Positions 63,878 to 64,000 of a stretch of 64,000 nt of DNA are shown piece by piece. Source of the stretch: an uncultured delta proteobacterium (lineage in GTDB: Bacteria; Desulfobacterota; Binatia; HRBIN30; BPIQ01); assembly GCA_963761335.1 (NCBI GenBank), contig CAVXGR010000017.1, forward strand, positions 1-64,000, written 5' to 3'. The notes beneath the pieces were generated by a model, which made no database searches, was not told where the DNA came from, and saw only the letters and a program-made list of their open reading frames with translations. Position 1 is the stretch's first letter; each line of letters opens with the position of its first letter. Both the position numbers and the translations under genes were made by a program.

Positions 63878-64000
63878 AGCGAGCCAGATCGTGGGGATGG
63901 GGCCTTGGACGTTCGCGTCGGCGGAGATCGCCCCTCCGGAGCGGCAACGCCCAAACAGCAGGGGGCCTGTGCGTCCCTATCCCGCCTCGCCGACGCCGAC

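Overview
High-GC bacterial chromosomal window. The 16S sequence and gene order look deltaproteobacterial (Desulfobacterota/Binatota/Myxococcota-like); I cannot confirm the taxonomy without a database. In order: (1) the end of a sulfatase, then a housekeeping block smc-ftsY-zapB-zapA-[structured RNA region]-ygfA-rny-ymdB-tyrS; (2) a decaying glycosyltransferase/FkbM cassette; (3) a complete rRNA operon (16S, tRNA-Ile, tRNA-Ala, 23S, 5S); (4) an accessory stretch with a His-less sensor kinase, a di-heme peroxidase, a small secreted tandem-repeat protein, hydrolases, a photolyase remnant and a multiheme cytochrome/NrfC/NrfD redox module; (5) lipid and CoA catabolic genes, including an FGGY kinase + sphingosine-1-phosphate-lyase-like + DUF2723 operon; (6) tRNA-Arg, mrp, large NAD-GDH, rlmD, lnt, msrB, mltA and a divergent alanine-glyoxylate aminotransferase/glcDEF locus. 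No CRISPR array, integrase, transposase or prophage was seen. The most notable observations are two tandem 6S-like rod RNAs with cross-pairing potential at the ssrS locus, the kinase-lyase-GT-C operon (possible bacterial sphingoid-base pathway), the H-to-D pseudokinase and the 16-aa repeat protein. All product calls come from motif recognition by eye.
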